Positions 18,018 through 26,488 of a stretch of 56,405 nt of DNA are shown here, one piece after another. Below the pieces are notes generated by a model that worked only from the letters and a program-made list of their open reading frames with translations, ran no database searches and was not told the origin of the DNA. The stretch covers positions 1 through 56,405 of IMG/VR virus record IMGVR_UViG_3300043416_000201; one strand, written 5' to 3'. Source of the stretch: a virus. Taxonomy: Duplodnaviria; Caudoviricetes. Each line of letters starts with the position of its first letter. Position 1 is the stretch's first letter. Both the position numbers and the translations under genes were made by a program.

Positions 18018-18445
18018 TGACAATCGCTCAAGGCGCAACAAACACATTCAAGCTCGGGCTGCCCAAGGGTGCCTTCGACTTTGATACCGACACGTTCAAG
18101 ATCGCGCTGTACACCGGCGCGGCTTCTATTGATTCTGAGACAGCGGCGTACACAACGACAGGTGAAGTCGTAGCCTCGGGCTACACGGCTGGTGGCGAAG
18201 TACTGACTATTTCGCAGGCCCCCACAATCGGGACTCAAGCGGCTAACGCCACGGTGTACCTGTCTTTCTCCAACGTGACGTGGACATCCTCACTGACCGC
18301 ACGCGGTGCGCTGATCTACAAGTCCGGCAGTGGCGACCCAACAGTTTGCGTGCTGGACTTCGGTGCAGACAAGACCTCGACAACAACTTTCACGGTGCAG
18401 TTCCCTGCTGCCACCAATACAGCGGCCATCATCCGCATTGCATAA
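18017..18445 (+). CDS. Tail structural protein (142 aa)
   Basis: FKIALYT...GYTAGG...TARGALIY...VLDFGADKT. Confidence 0.7.
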   Translation: MTIAQGATNTFKLGLPKGAFDFDTDTFKIALYTGAASIDSETAAYTTTGEVVASGYTAGGEVLTISQAPTIGTQAANATVYLSFSNVTWTSSLTARGALIYKSGSGDPTVCVLDFGADKTSTTTFTVQFPAATNTAAIIRIA

Positions 18446-18455
18446 GGAGCAATAA

Positions 18456-18977
18456 ATGTCCAACGAATCAGCAAAAGCTGGCGGTATCTTTACCGTCCAG
18501 TGCCACGACAAAGACGGCAACCTCAAGTGGGAAGCCAAAGAGCACAACCTCGTTGTGAACGAAGGTCTCCAGTTCATGAACGCCAAGACGTTCACAGGTT
18601 CTAGCTACACCGCTGCTTGGTACTTGGGTTTGTACGGTGCTGGTGCATCTAACACTCCTGCCGCTGGCGACACAATGGCGTCTCACGCCGGTTGGACCGA
18701 AGTCACTGACTACAGCCAATCAACTCGTCCAGCTTGTAACTTCGGCACACCAACAACCGCCGACCCATCGGTGGCCACAAACTCTGCCTCTGCTGCCACG
18801 TTCAGCATCAACGCTACGACTACTGTTGGCGGTGCGTTCTTGACTACCGACAGCACAAAGGGCGGCACTACAGGCACATTGTTCTCCGCTGCTGACTTCC
18901 AGTCTCCCGGCGACCGTTCAGTGGTGTCTGGCGACACCTTGTCTGTGACTTACACCTTCAGCCTCGACGCTGCGTAA
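18456..18977 (+). CDS. Tail structural protein (173 aa)
   Basis: AAGGAG RBS; NLVVNEG...GDTLSVTY; high codon bias. Confidence 0.7.
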   Translation: MSNESAKAGGIFTVQCHDKDGNLKWEAKEHNLVVNEGLQFMNAKTFTGSSYTAAWYLGLYGAGASNTPAAGDTMASHAGWTEVTDYSQSTRPACNFGTPTTADPSVATNSASAATFSINATTTVGGAFLTTDSTKGGTTGTLFSAADFQSPGDRSVVSGDTLSVTYTFSLDAA

Positions 18978-18986
18978 GGATAAAAC

Positions 18987-19445
18987 ATGGCGTTCGTTCT
19001 TGCGGACCGTGTTCGGGAAACGACGACCACAACAGGCACCGGTACAGTAACGCTGGCCGGGGCTGTGACCGGCTTCCAGACCTTCTCTGCAATCGGTAAC
19101 GGGAACACCACCTATTACACGATCGCAGGCGTTGGCACGTCTGAGTGGGAAGTCGGTATCGGCACCTACACAGCGTCTGGCACGGTTCTTTCTCGTGACA
19201 CCGTGCTGTCGTCTAGCAATTCTGGCTCGTTGGTCAACTTTTCAGCGGGCACGAAAGATGTCTTCTGTGACTACCCCGCTGGCCGCGCTGTTGTTGGTGG
19301 CCAAGGCTACACAGAGAACGCATCTACCATTTCCATCAGCTCTACAGTGAACACCGGCCGTAATGCTTTGAGCGTAGGGCCAATCACCGTGGCGTCTGGC
19401 GTATCTGTCACCGTGCCTTCGGGCTCGCGCTGGATGGTCTTGTAA
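18987..19445 (+). CDS. Tail fibre adaptor-like protein (152 aa)
   Basis: DRVRETTTTTGTG...WEVGIG; C-terminal SVGPITVASGVSVTVPSGSRWMVL. Confidence 0.65.
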   Translation: MAFVLADRVRETTTTTGTGTVTLAGAVTGFQTFSAIGNGNTTYYTIAGVGTSEWEVGIGTYTASGTVLSRDTVLSSSNSGSLVNFSAGTKDVFCDYPAGRAVVGGQGYTENASTISISSTVNTGRNALSVGPITVASGVSVTVPSGSRWMVL

Positions 19446-20287
19446 TGTTCGGATGCTACGCGTTCTCGCAAGCGGCGATTTCTTCTTTGGCCGGGGCCTT
19501 TTATCAGGCTTCTGTTAGTGAGACCGCGACCGCAGCGGACAGCGTTGTAGCAGCGGCAACTTTTCCAGTCACCTTCGCTGACACAGCTACAGGCTCAGAC
19601 ACAACCAGCGCACGCGCTACGTTCACCCCATCGGTCTCAGAGACTGCTACGGGTACGGACACCGTTATTAGCTTGGCGAGCTTCCGCGCTGCTGTGGCGG
19701 AGGCTGCTGTTGGTGCGGACACTACGTCTGCACTGGCCACCTTTGGTGTTTCCTTTGTGGACTCGTCTGTTGGCTCAGATGTGTTCTCGGCTGCGGCAAA
19801 CTTCGCTGTGCTGTTCACGGATGGTGCAACGGGTTCGGACACAACGGCCTCAACGCCCAACTACTCTGCACAGATTGCTGAGACATCGACAGCTTCCGAC
19901 ACATACGCAGCCAGCTTTGCATACTTGGCCTACATCTTGGAGGCGGCTACAGCTACCGACACGGACGTTGCCCAGTTGAGCTTGGATGCTGCGGTTGTTG
20001 AGGCAGCTACCGGCTCCGACGAGCTGGTTAACCCAGTGACTTTTGCGGTGAGCGTTGAGGAGTCTGCGACAGCGACCGACGAGTTTGTTGCGGTAATGGC
20101 GTTTGTGGCTCGCATCATTGAAGCCGCCACCGGTTCAGATGTAGACGCAGGTCGTCTGCTGTGGGCTGTAATCAACGACGCTCAGAACGCAGGGTGGAGA
20201 ACAATCAATGACAACACAGGCACAACATGGCAAAATATCAACACCGCAGCCAACCCCGGCTGGCGTGTTGTGCCGACTCAGGAGTAA
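19445..20287 (+). CDS. Repetitive fibre/shaft protein with 11 x 20-aa repeats (280 aa)
   Basis: Period-20 repeat of the form SVxE(T/A)ATGSD. Confidence 0.7.
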   Translation: MFGCYAFSQAAISSLAGAFYQASVSETATAADSVVAAATFPVTFADTATGSDTTSARATFTPSVSETATGTDTVISLASFRAAVAEAAVGADTTSALATFGVSFVDSSVGSDVFSAAANFAVLFTDGATGSDTTASTPNYSAQIAETSTASDTYAASFAYLAYILEAATATDTDVAQLSLDAAVVEAATGSDELVNPVTFAVSVEESATATDEFVAVMAFVARIIEAATGSDVDAGRLLWAVINDAQNAGWRTINDNTGTTWQNINTAANPGWRVVPTQE

Positions 20288-20290
20288 AAC

Positions 20291-20851
20291 GTGACAACAG
20301 CCTATACCACTAACTTAGGTCTTGCGCTCCCCGTACAGGGCGAGCTGTCAGGCACATGGGGCGATGTCGTCAACGAAGAAATCACGTCTTTGGTGGACTC
20401 CGCCATTGCAGGCACGACCACAATTTCTGTAGACGCGGACATCACACTGACAGACACAGAAGGCGTAGCCAACGAGGCACGTCAGCAAATTCTTTTGTGG
20501 ACAGCCACAGGCACAGTCACACGCTACATCACAGCCCCAGCACGCACAAAGACATACACTGTCGTCAACTTGAGCGCGACTCAAGCGATCGTGGTTCGTG
20601 GCGTTGGCCCGACAACAGGCGTTACATTTGCAGCAGGCGAGACAGGCGTTGTGGCTTGGAACGGAACTGACTTCACCAAGATCGCTGGCGGCGGAGCCGA
20701 GGCGGGTGGCGTGATTCAGGTCAACAAGGATGTGGCAACAGTAAGCTACACACTGCCGTCTGGCAGCAATGGTTTGTCAGTCGGCCCGATCACAATTGAC
20801 AGCGGCGTGTCGATCACAGTTTCCAGCGGCCAACGCTGGATGATTCTCTAA
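20291..20851 (+). CDS. Tail fibre adaptor-like protein (186 aa)
   Basis: GELSGTWG N-terminus; C-terminal SVGPITIDSGVSITVSSGQRWMIL. Confidence 0.65.
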   Translation: MTTAYTTNLGLALPVQGELSGTWGDVVNEEITSLVDSAIAGTTTISVDADITLTDTEGVANEARQQILLWTATGTVTRYITAPARTKTYTVVNLSATQAIVVRGVGPTTGVTFAAGETGVVAWNGTDFTKIAGGGAEAGGVIQVNKDVATVSYTLPSGSNGLSVGPITIDSGVSITVSSGQRWMIL

Positions 20852-20860
20852 GGAACAAAA

Positions 20861-21499
20861 ATGCCATACCACCCAACGGCACTGCTAGTGATGGAGCACA
20901 AGGTCACAGGAATGAAGTATTTCTGTAAGACCACACAGTTCCATTGCTTGTTGTCGTACAAGGGTAGTGGCGTGTACTGGAAAAAGCACCTAAAGAAACA
21001 CGGTAAAGACGTGTCAGTCGGGGTGCTTGGCATCTATTACGAAGAAGATCGCTGCCGCAATGCAGCCCTTGAGTTCTCAAGAGCGAACAACATTGTTGAG
21101 TCGGGTGAGTGGGCAAATTTGATTCATGAGAACGGCTCTGATGGCGCTCCACCAAAAGAGCTGCATCCTATGTTTGGCAAGCCAAGTCCATGCAAAGGTC
21201 ATAAACGGCCTTGGGTTGGTAAGTCTGGCGCAAACAACCCGATGTGGGGGAAAATAAGCCCCATGCGCGGCGTGTCAAAACCAAAAGGTAAAGATAGCCC
21301 TTTGTTTGGAAGAAAGCGTCCAGAGGGTGGTGGTAAGCCAGCGAAAGCTGTTGTTTGCATTGAAGACAACAAAGAGTTCGCATCTGTATCCGAGGCTGCG
21401 CAATACGTCAAAGGCGGAAGCAGCACAATCAGTCGTTGTTGCCTTGGTAGATCCAAGACAGCTTACGGTAAAACATGGAAATATAAGGAAAGCGTATGA
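20861..21499 (+). CDS. Seg-like (degenerate GIY-YIG) homing endonuclease with NUMOD repeats (212 aa)
   Basis: TGMKYF...YKGSGVYWKKHLKKHG...WAN; NPMWGK repeats; NUMOD1-like FASVSEAA...ISRCC...TAYGKTWKY. Confidence 0.75.
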   Translation: MPYHPTALLVMEHKVTGMKYFCKTTQFHCLLSYKGSGVYWKKHLKKHGKDVSVGVLGIYYEEDRCRNAALEFSRANNIVESGEWANLIHENGSDGAPPKELHPMFGKPSPCKGHKRPWVGKSGANNPMWGKISPMRGVSKPKGKDSPLFGRKRPEGGGKPAKAVVCIEDNKEFASVSEAAQYVKGGSSTISRCCLGRSKTAYGKTWKYKESV

Positions 21500-22608
21500 C
21501 ATACGGCACGGTAAATGTTGACAGCCTAGTCAGCTCGGATGGAGGGGTGATTGGGCCAAACATCACGTCACTGCGTAACCGCATCATCAATGGTGCGATG
21601 GTGATTGACCAGCGTAATGCGGGGGCGAGTGTTACGGTCGCTGCTGGCGGCTCTGTTTATACAGCAGACCGTTGGGGTACTGTTCGTGCTACAGCAGGCT
21701 CTTATGCCGTGCAGCAAAGCACCACTGCACCTTCTGGGTTTTACAACAGTTTGTATTTTTACAATAACACCGCAAACACACCTGCATCTGGCGATTACAA
21801 TTTTTTCTACCAACAGGTAGAAGGCTTGAATGTTGCAGATTTAGGATGGGGTACAGCATCCGCGCAGTCTGTGACTATTTCTTTCCAAGCGCGAGCAAGT
21901 GCCACTGGTACTTATGGCGGGTCGCTAAGAAACTCAGCAGGGAATCGTTCTTACCCATTTACGTTTGTTATAAACGCAGTGGACACGTTTGAGACAAAAA
22001 CTGTCACCATTGCAGGTGATACGTCTGGGACTTGGTTAAAAACAAATGGTATTGGTATCGGCTTATGCTTTGATTTAGGCTCAGGCTCCTCTTTCCGCAG
22101 CACGGCTGGTGCATGGGCAAGTGGAAATTATGTCGGGGCAACAGGTACGTCACAAAATATGACATTGACATCTGGAGCCACCTTCTACATCACAGGCGTT
22201 CAACTAGAAAAAGGCAGCACAGCAACATCGTTTGACTACCGCCCGTATGGTACTGAGTTGGCTTTGTGTCAGCGGTATCTGCCAGCGTACACTCGCGAAG
22301 GGAACGATAGCTTTGCTTGGGGGCAATGTACCTCTGCAACCGCTGGCACTTTCTTCATTCCGTGGCAGGTTACGCCACGTGTAAACCCAACAGGTGTCGT
22401 TGTTTCAAACGCAGCAAGTTTCTACGTGGTAAATGCAACGGCAGCAAACGCATTTACAGTTTCAGCAATTACGCTAGGTACTCAATCAAAGAGTAGTGGC
22501 GGTCTTAATGTTACTTATGCAAATAATGGTGGGTCCGCTGGCCAAGCAAACATTTTGCTGGCAAATGCCGCAGGCGCATATATTTACTTTACAGGATGTG
22601 AACTATGA
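21496..22608 (+). CDS. Tail fibre / receptor-binding protein (370 aa)
   Basis: RNRIINGAMVIDQR...ITGVQLEKGSTATSFDYRPYGTELALCQRY fibre signature. Confidence 0.8.
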   Translation: MTYGTVNVDSLVSSDGGVIGPNITSLRNRIINGAMVIDQRNAGASVTVAAGGSVYTADRWGTVRATAGSYAVQQSTTAPSGFYNSLYFYNNTANTPASGDYNFFYQQVEGLNVADLGWGTASAQSVTISFQARASATGTYGGSLRNSAGNRSYPFTFVINAVDTFETKTVTIAGDTSGTWLKTNGIGIGLCFDLGSGSSFRSTAGAWASGNYVGATGTSQNMTLTSGATFYITGVQLEKGSTATSFDYRPYGTELALCQRYLPAYTREGNDSFAWGQCTSATAGTFFIPWQVTPRVNPTGVVVSNAASFYVVNATAANAFTVSAITLGTQSKSSGGLNVTYANNGGSAGQANILLANAAGAYIYFTGCEL

Positions 22609-22781
22609 CAACACCAGTTTGGAAACTACTGCCAACCAGTTTATTGCAACCAGTACAAGTCGTATGGCGTGAATGGTCTGATGGTCGTCAAGAGTCTTGC
22701 TTGGTAACTGCTACTGAGTATTTGAAATGGCTGGAAGAAGGCAACACGCCTGAACCAGCAGATGAACAAGGAGCCGAATAA
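22605..22781 (+). CDS. Small fibre-associated protein (58 aa)
   Basis: Read manually; EYLKWLEEGNTPEPAD; ATGA and TAATG coupling at its two ends. Confidence 0.7.
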   Translation: MTTPVWKLLPTSLLQPVQVVWREWSDGRQESCLVTATEYLKWLEEGNTPEPADEQGAE

Positions 22782-23461
22782 TGGCGACTGCGGTTTATTG
22801 GATTCACCACCCTGAGCATACAGACATGCTCACGCAGGGGTACATTGGTGTTTCCAGTGACATTAGTCGCAGATGGGAGTCCCACAAAAACCGCACACAA
22901 AACGGTAGGTTAAAAAACGCCATCAAGTCTTACGGCTGGGACACGTTGGTTAAGAAGGTGATCTTGATTGCGGACAGGTGGTACTGCTTAATGGTTGAGG
23001 CAAAACTTCGATCTGCTGACAACATTGGGTGGAACCACGCTTCTGGCGGTGGATGTCCTCCAGATGCAACTGGAAACAAGTACAGAGCTGGTATGTCGCC
23101 ATACAACAAGGGGGTTCCTTGGTCTGATGAGGTGAGGGCAAAAATATCAGCATCAAAACTTGGTACTGTGCCTTGGAATAAAGGCGGCAAAACATCTGAC
23201 GAAGCCAAGGCAAAACAGAGTCTTGCAAAGATTGGTAAGACAAGCCCCAGAAAGGGTAAGACCCACTCCGAAGCGTCCATAGAAAAGATGCGTGTAGCCC
23301 ATAAAGGCAAAACTTACACTGAGGCTGCAAAGACTAATATGTCAAAATCAAAAACAGGTTTAAAACAAGAAATTGTTGTATGCCCACACTGTGAAAAGGT
23401 TGGCGGTAAACAGACAATGGGTAGATGGCATTTCAACAATTGCAAACTGAAAGGAGCATAA
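22781..23461 (+). CDS. GIY-YIG homing endonuclease with NUMOD3 repeats (226 aa)
   Basis: VYWI...GYIGVS...R...H; repeats SDEVRAKIS, SDEAKAKQS, HSEASIEKM; C-terminal CPHC...RWHFNNCK. Confidence 0.88.
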   Translation: MATAVYWIHHPEHTDMLTQGYIGVSSDISRRWESHKNRTQNGRLKNAIKSYGWDTLVKKVILIADRWYCLMVEAKLRSADNIGWNHASGGGCPPDATGNKYRAGMSPYNKGVPWSDEVRAKISASKLGTVPWNKGGKTSDEAKAKQSLAKIGKTSPRKGKTHSEASIEKMRVAHKGKTYTEAAKTNMSKSKTGLKQEIVVCPHCEKVGGKQTMGRWHFNNCKLKGA

Positions 23462-23462
23462 A

Positions 23463-24407
23463 TTGGCTTCAACTATAAATAGTACTCAAACTGACAACGG
23501 CGGCATTATCACGACTGGTGACGACTCTGGCATCTTGCAACTGCAAACCAACGAGACTACTGCGGTCACTATTGATGCGAGTCAAGTGGTGAGCTTTGCG
23601 AAAAACGTAGGTATTGGTACGAGTTCGCCGTCCGCTGTGGCGCGTGCAAGTTTTGGTAACTCGTCAGCAGGGGGTCAAAGCCTTTGGGCTGCTTACTTTG
23701 CGACTAACTCTGACTCAGCGTCAGCTGCGCCAAACTTTGGCCTGACCGTTGGCTGGAACAGATCAGGCGGCGGTGGGGAGTCAAACATCGTTTACGGCAC
23801 AGGTGTTGGTTCTACTCCAGCTCTTGCATTCTCGTCATCAGATGGGACAACAGTTACAGAACGCGCCCGTATCGACCCCAGCGGTAACTTGCTGGTGGGG
23901 ACTACAAGTGCAATTTCTGGCACTAATACGCTTCAAGTTGTAAACGCTGCTGGTGATTCAACTCAAATTAGAGTTCGTTCGAGCGGCGCTGTTGCTGGTA
24001 GACATTGGCGGTATGGGGCAGATAGCGGTAACACCCTTTATGTACTCAACCAAGATTCAACTGGTGTTTACATGGGCAACGGAAGCACCTCATGGTCTGG
24101 CTTGTCGGATGCGCGTAGCAAAGACATCATTGAGCCGATCACAGGCGCTGCTGAAAAAGTTGCTACTTTGCGCGCTGTTATAGGCAAGTACAAGACTGAT
24201 GAAGAAGGAACTAGACGCAGCTTTTTAATCGCCCAAGATGTTCAAGCAGTTCTCCCAGAAGCTGTTAGTGTAGCCAATCAAGAAACTGGACATCTTGGCC
24301 TTTCATACACAGATGTCATCCCCTTGTTAACCGCAGCCATCCAAGAACAACAAGCCATCATCGAACAGCTCCGTTCTGACGTTGAAGCTCTGAAAGCCGC
24401 TGCGTAA
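23463..24407 (+). CDS. Tail fibre with C-terminal intramolecular chaperone (peptidase S74-like) (314 aa)
   Basis: NVGIGTSSP, GNLLVGTT; SDARSK...LIAQDVQAVLPEAV...Y...IPLLTAAIQE coiled coil. Confidence 0.85.
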   Translation: MASTINSTQTDNGGIITTGDDSGILQLQTNETTAVTIDASQVVSFAKNVGIGTSSPSAVARASFGNSSAGGQSLWAAYFATNSDSASAAPNFGLTVGWNRSGGGGESNIVYGTGVGSTPALAFSSSDGTTVTERARIDPSGNLLVGTTSAISGTNTLQVVNAAGDSTQIRVRSSGAVAGRHWRYGADSGNTLYVLNQDSTGVYMGNGSTSWSGLSDARSKDIIEPITGAAEKVATLRAVIGKYKTDEEGTRRSFLIAQDVQAVLPEAVSVANQETGHLGLSYTDVIPLLTAAIQEQQAIIEQLRSDVEALKAAA

Positions 24408-24409
24408 AT

Positions 24410-25156
24410 GTGGACCCAATCAGTCTTCTCCTCATGGCGCAAAGCGCAGTCGGTGCTATCCGCGCTGGCTGTCAAATGCTGTCAGAAGGGAAGGCTGAAA
24501 TTGGCAAGTTCAAAAAGCAAGTCGAAGGTGGCGTAGCAGATGCAAAAGCAATCTACAACGAAGTCGTTGGAATCTGGGGCTGGCTCACAGGGTTGTTTGG
24601 GGGTAAGGTTCGCAAAGATGTTGGAGTCGTACCACAAACGCAAGCAAGTCAGCCAACAGTACCCCAACCTAGTGCGCCGAGCCGCAAAACAAAAGCAGCG
24701 CCAGAACCAGAGCTGAGCTACGAGGAGTTTCAGGCGCGAGCCGTACACGACATCTGCGAAAATTTAAAGGTCTATTTTGAGGCTGTCCGCCAGCTCAAAA
24801 TTCATTGTCGGGAACTTGAAGAAGAAGCTCTCACCACCGAGAAGGTTGCCGACAGTGCTATTGACCGCATCGAGATTCAGTGGCAGATGCAACAGTTGTC
24901 AGCGCAGCTAAAGCAGGCCATGATCTACGGCACACCCGAGGAGCTTGGGTTGGGGTCAATGTACAAGGAGTTTCTCGTCAAGTACGACGAGATTCTGGAA
25001 GAGCAAGAGGTTGCCCGTGAAATCAAACGCAAGAAAGAACGAGACAGCGCATGGCGACACGAGCACCGCAAGCAAATTCTGGTGGCCAAAGTGGGCTACG
25101 TAATAGTGATCTTAGCCGCGGTCCTGTGGATGACGGCGTTGTATTCCGCTCTATGA
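24410..25156 (+). CDS. Membrane-anchored coiled-coil protein (248 aa)
   Basis: GTG start; C-terminal transmembrane helix; next to lysis genes. Confidence 0.7.
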   Translation: MDPISLLLMAQSAVGAIRAGCQMLSEGKAEIGKFKKQVEGGVADAKAIYNEVVGIWGWLTGLFGGKVRKDVGVVPQTQASQPTVPQPSAPSRKTKAAPEPELSYEEFQARAVHDICENLKVYFEAVRQLKIHCRELEEEALTTEKVADSAIDRIEIQWQMQQLSAQLKQAMIYGTPEELGLGSMYKEFLVKYDEILEEQEVAREIKRKKERDSAWRHEHRKQILVAKVGYVIVILAAVLWMTALYSAL

Positions 25157-25332
25157 AGGAGTTCTACTGGTGGGTGCTCATCGTTACGTTCATCTTGGTG
25201 CTGCTGGGGTTCTCAATCACAGCGGCCATCTACGCCGACCAACGAGTGCGCAAAGCCGAGATAATCCTACAACGCGCTGAGCAACTGGAAAAGAAGCGCA
25301 CCGCAAAACTTGAACCTAAGAAGGACGAATAA
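25153..25332 (+). CDS. Small single-TM protein (59 aa)
   Basis: MKEFYWWVLIVTFILVLLGFSITAAIY; ATGA and TAATG coupling. Confidence 0.65.
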   Translation: MKEFYWWVLIVTFILVLLGFSITAAIYADQRVRKAEIILQRAEQLEKKRTAKLEPKKDE

Positions 25333-25820
25333 TGTTACCAATCGTTGCAGGCATCGTAGCCAACCTCATCAACAACGGGATGCACAAGGTCGCCGACCAA
25401 GTCATCGAAAAGGGCGTGGACGCCGTCCAACAGAAGCTGGGCATGGAGCTCAAGCCAGAAGGCGAAGCCACACCCGAGTACAACGCTAAGCTGCAAGAGG
25501 AAGCAAACCGCCATTCCGAGTTCATGGCTGCGCTCGACGAGAAGTCCACACAACGCGCCACGGATATGTACATGCAAGACGAGACGACAAAGAGATTCGC
25601 CCAGCACTACGCATGGTTCATCACTGTGGTGTCGTTCCTGTACTTCTTCATGGTGTCGTTCATGCCGATCGAGAACCGCAACCGCGACTTCGTGAACATC
25701 ATCTTGGGCTTCCTGATTGGTACAGCGGTGAACTCGCTCATCCGATTCTTCTTTGGCTCCAGCAACAAGAGCCAAGAGGACACCGACAAGAAGCAAAAGG
25801 AAATGGCGGGTGACAAATGA
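25332..25820 (+). CDS. Putative holin (162 aa)
   Basis: Two C-terminal TM helices ending FFFGSS; directly upstream of the endolysin. Confidence 0.65.
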   Translation: MLPIVAGIVANLINNGMHKVADQVIEKGVDAVQQKLGMELKPEGEATPEYNAKLQEEANRHSEFMAALDEKSTQRATDMYMQDETTKRFAQHYAWFITVVSFLYFFMVSFMPIENRNRDFVNIILGFLIGTAVNSLIRFFFGSSNKSQEDTDKKQKEMAGDK

Positions 25821-26473
25821 AGCCCGAAAGCCCACTGCTCGTAGCGGCTGGGGTGAAGGACCCCGCCAAGTGGCTTGATGCCGTCGTTGAGACCTGCGTC
25901 GAGTTTGAGATCAACACACCCCAGCGCATTGCTGGCTTCTTGGCGCAGACTTCACACGAGTCCGGTGGCTACACCATGCTGACCGAGAACTTGAACTACC
26001 GCGCTGCCACGCTAGCGGCGTGCTGGCCAAACCGTTTTGCGGTGCTCGGTGCGGACAAGAAGCCCATCAAAGAGAACGGCAAGCTGGTCCCCACTGCGGT
26101 GGCCAACGCCATAGCAGGCAAGCCGGAGCTTATCGCCAACTTGGTTTACTCGGGTCGTATGGGCAACGGGCCAGCAGAGTCAGGTGAGGGGTGGGCGTTC
26201 CGTGGGCGCGGTTTGAAGCAGTTGACCGGCAAGGACAACTACACCCGTTGTGGCGCATCCCTCGGTGTTGACTTGGTGGCCAGCCCTGACAAGTTGCTGG
26301 AGCCTCTGTACGCTGCGCGTTCTGCTGGTTGGTTCTGGAAAACAAACAAGCTCTCCGACTACGCCGACCGAGGCGATCTTGAAGGTATGACCAAGCGCAT
26401 CAATGGTGGTCTAATCGGCTATGCCGAGCGCAAGGCAAAGTATGACAAGGTGCTTGCCGCTATCAACGCTTAA
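25817..26473 (+). CDS. Endolysin, glycoside hydrolase family 19 (218 aa)
   Basis: FLAQTSHESGG...ENLNY...FRGRGLKQLTGKDNY...AGWFW...TKRINGG. Confidence 0.93.
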   Translation: MKPESPLLVAAGVKDPAKWLDAVVETCVEFEINTPQRIAGFLAQTSHESGGYTMLTENLNYRAATLAACWPNRFAVLGADKKPIKENGKLVPTAVANAIAGKPELIANLVYSGRMGNGPAESGEGWAFRGRGLKQLTGKDNYTRCGASLGVDLVASPDKLLEPLYAARSAGWFWKTNKLSDYADRGDLEGMTKRINGGLIGYAERKAKYDKVLAAINA

Positions 26474-26488
26474 TGAGAAAATGCCGCC

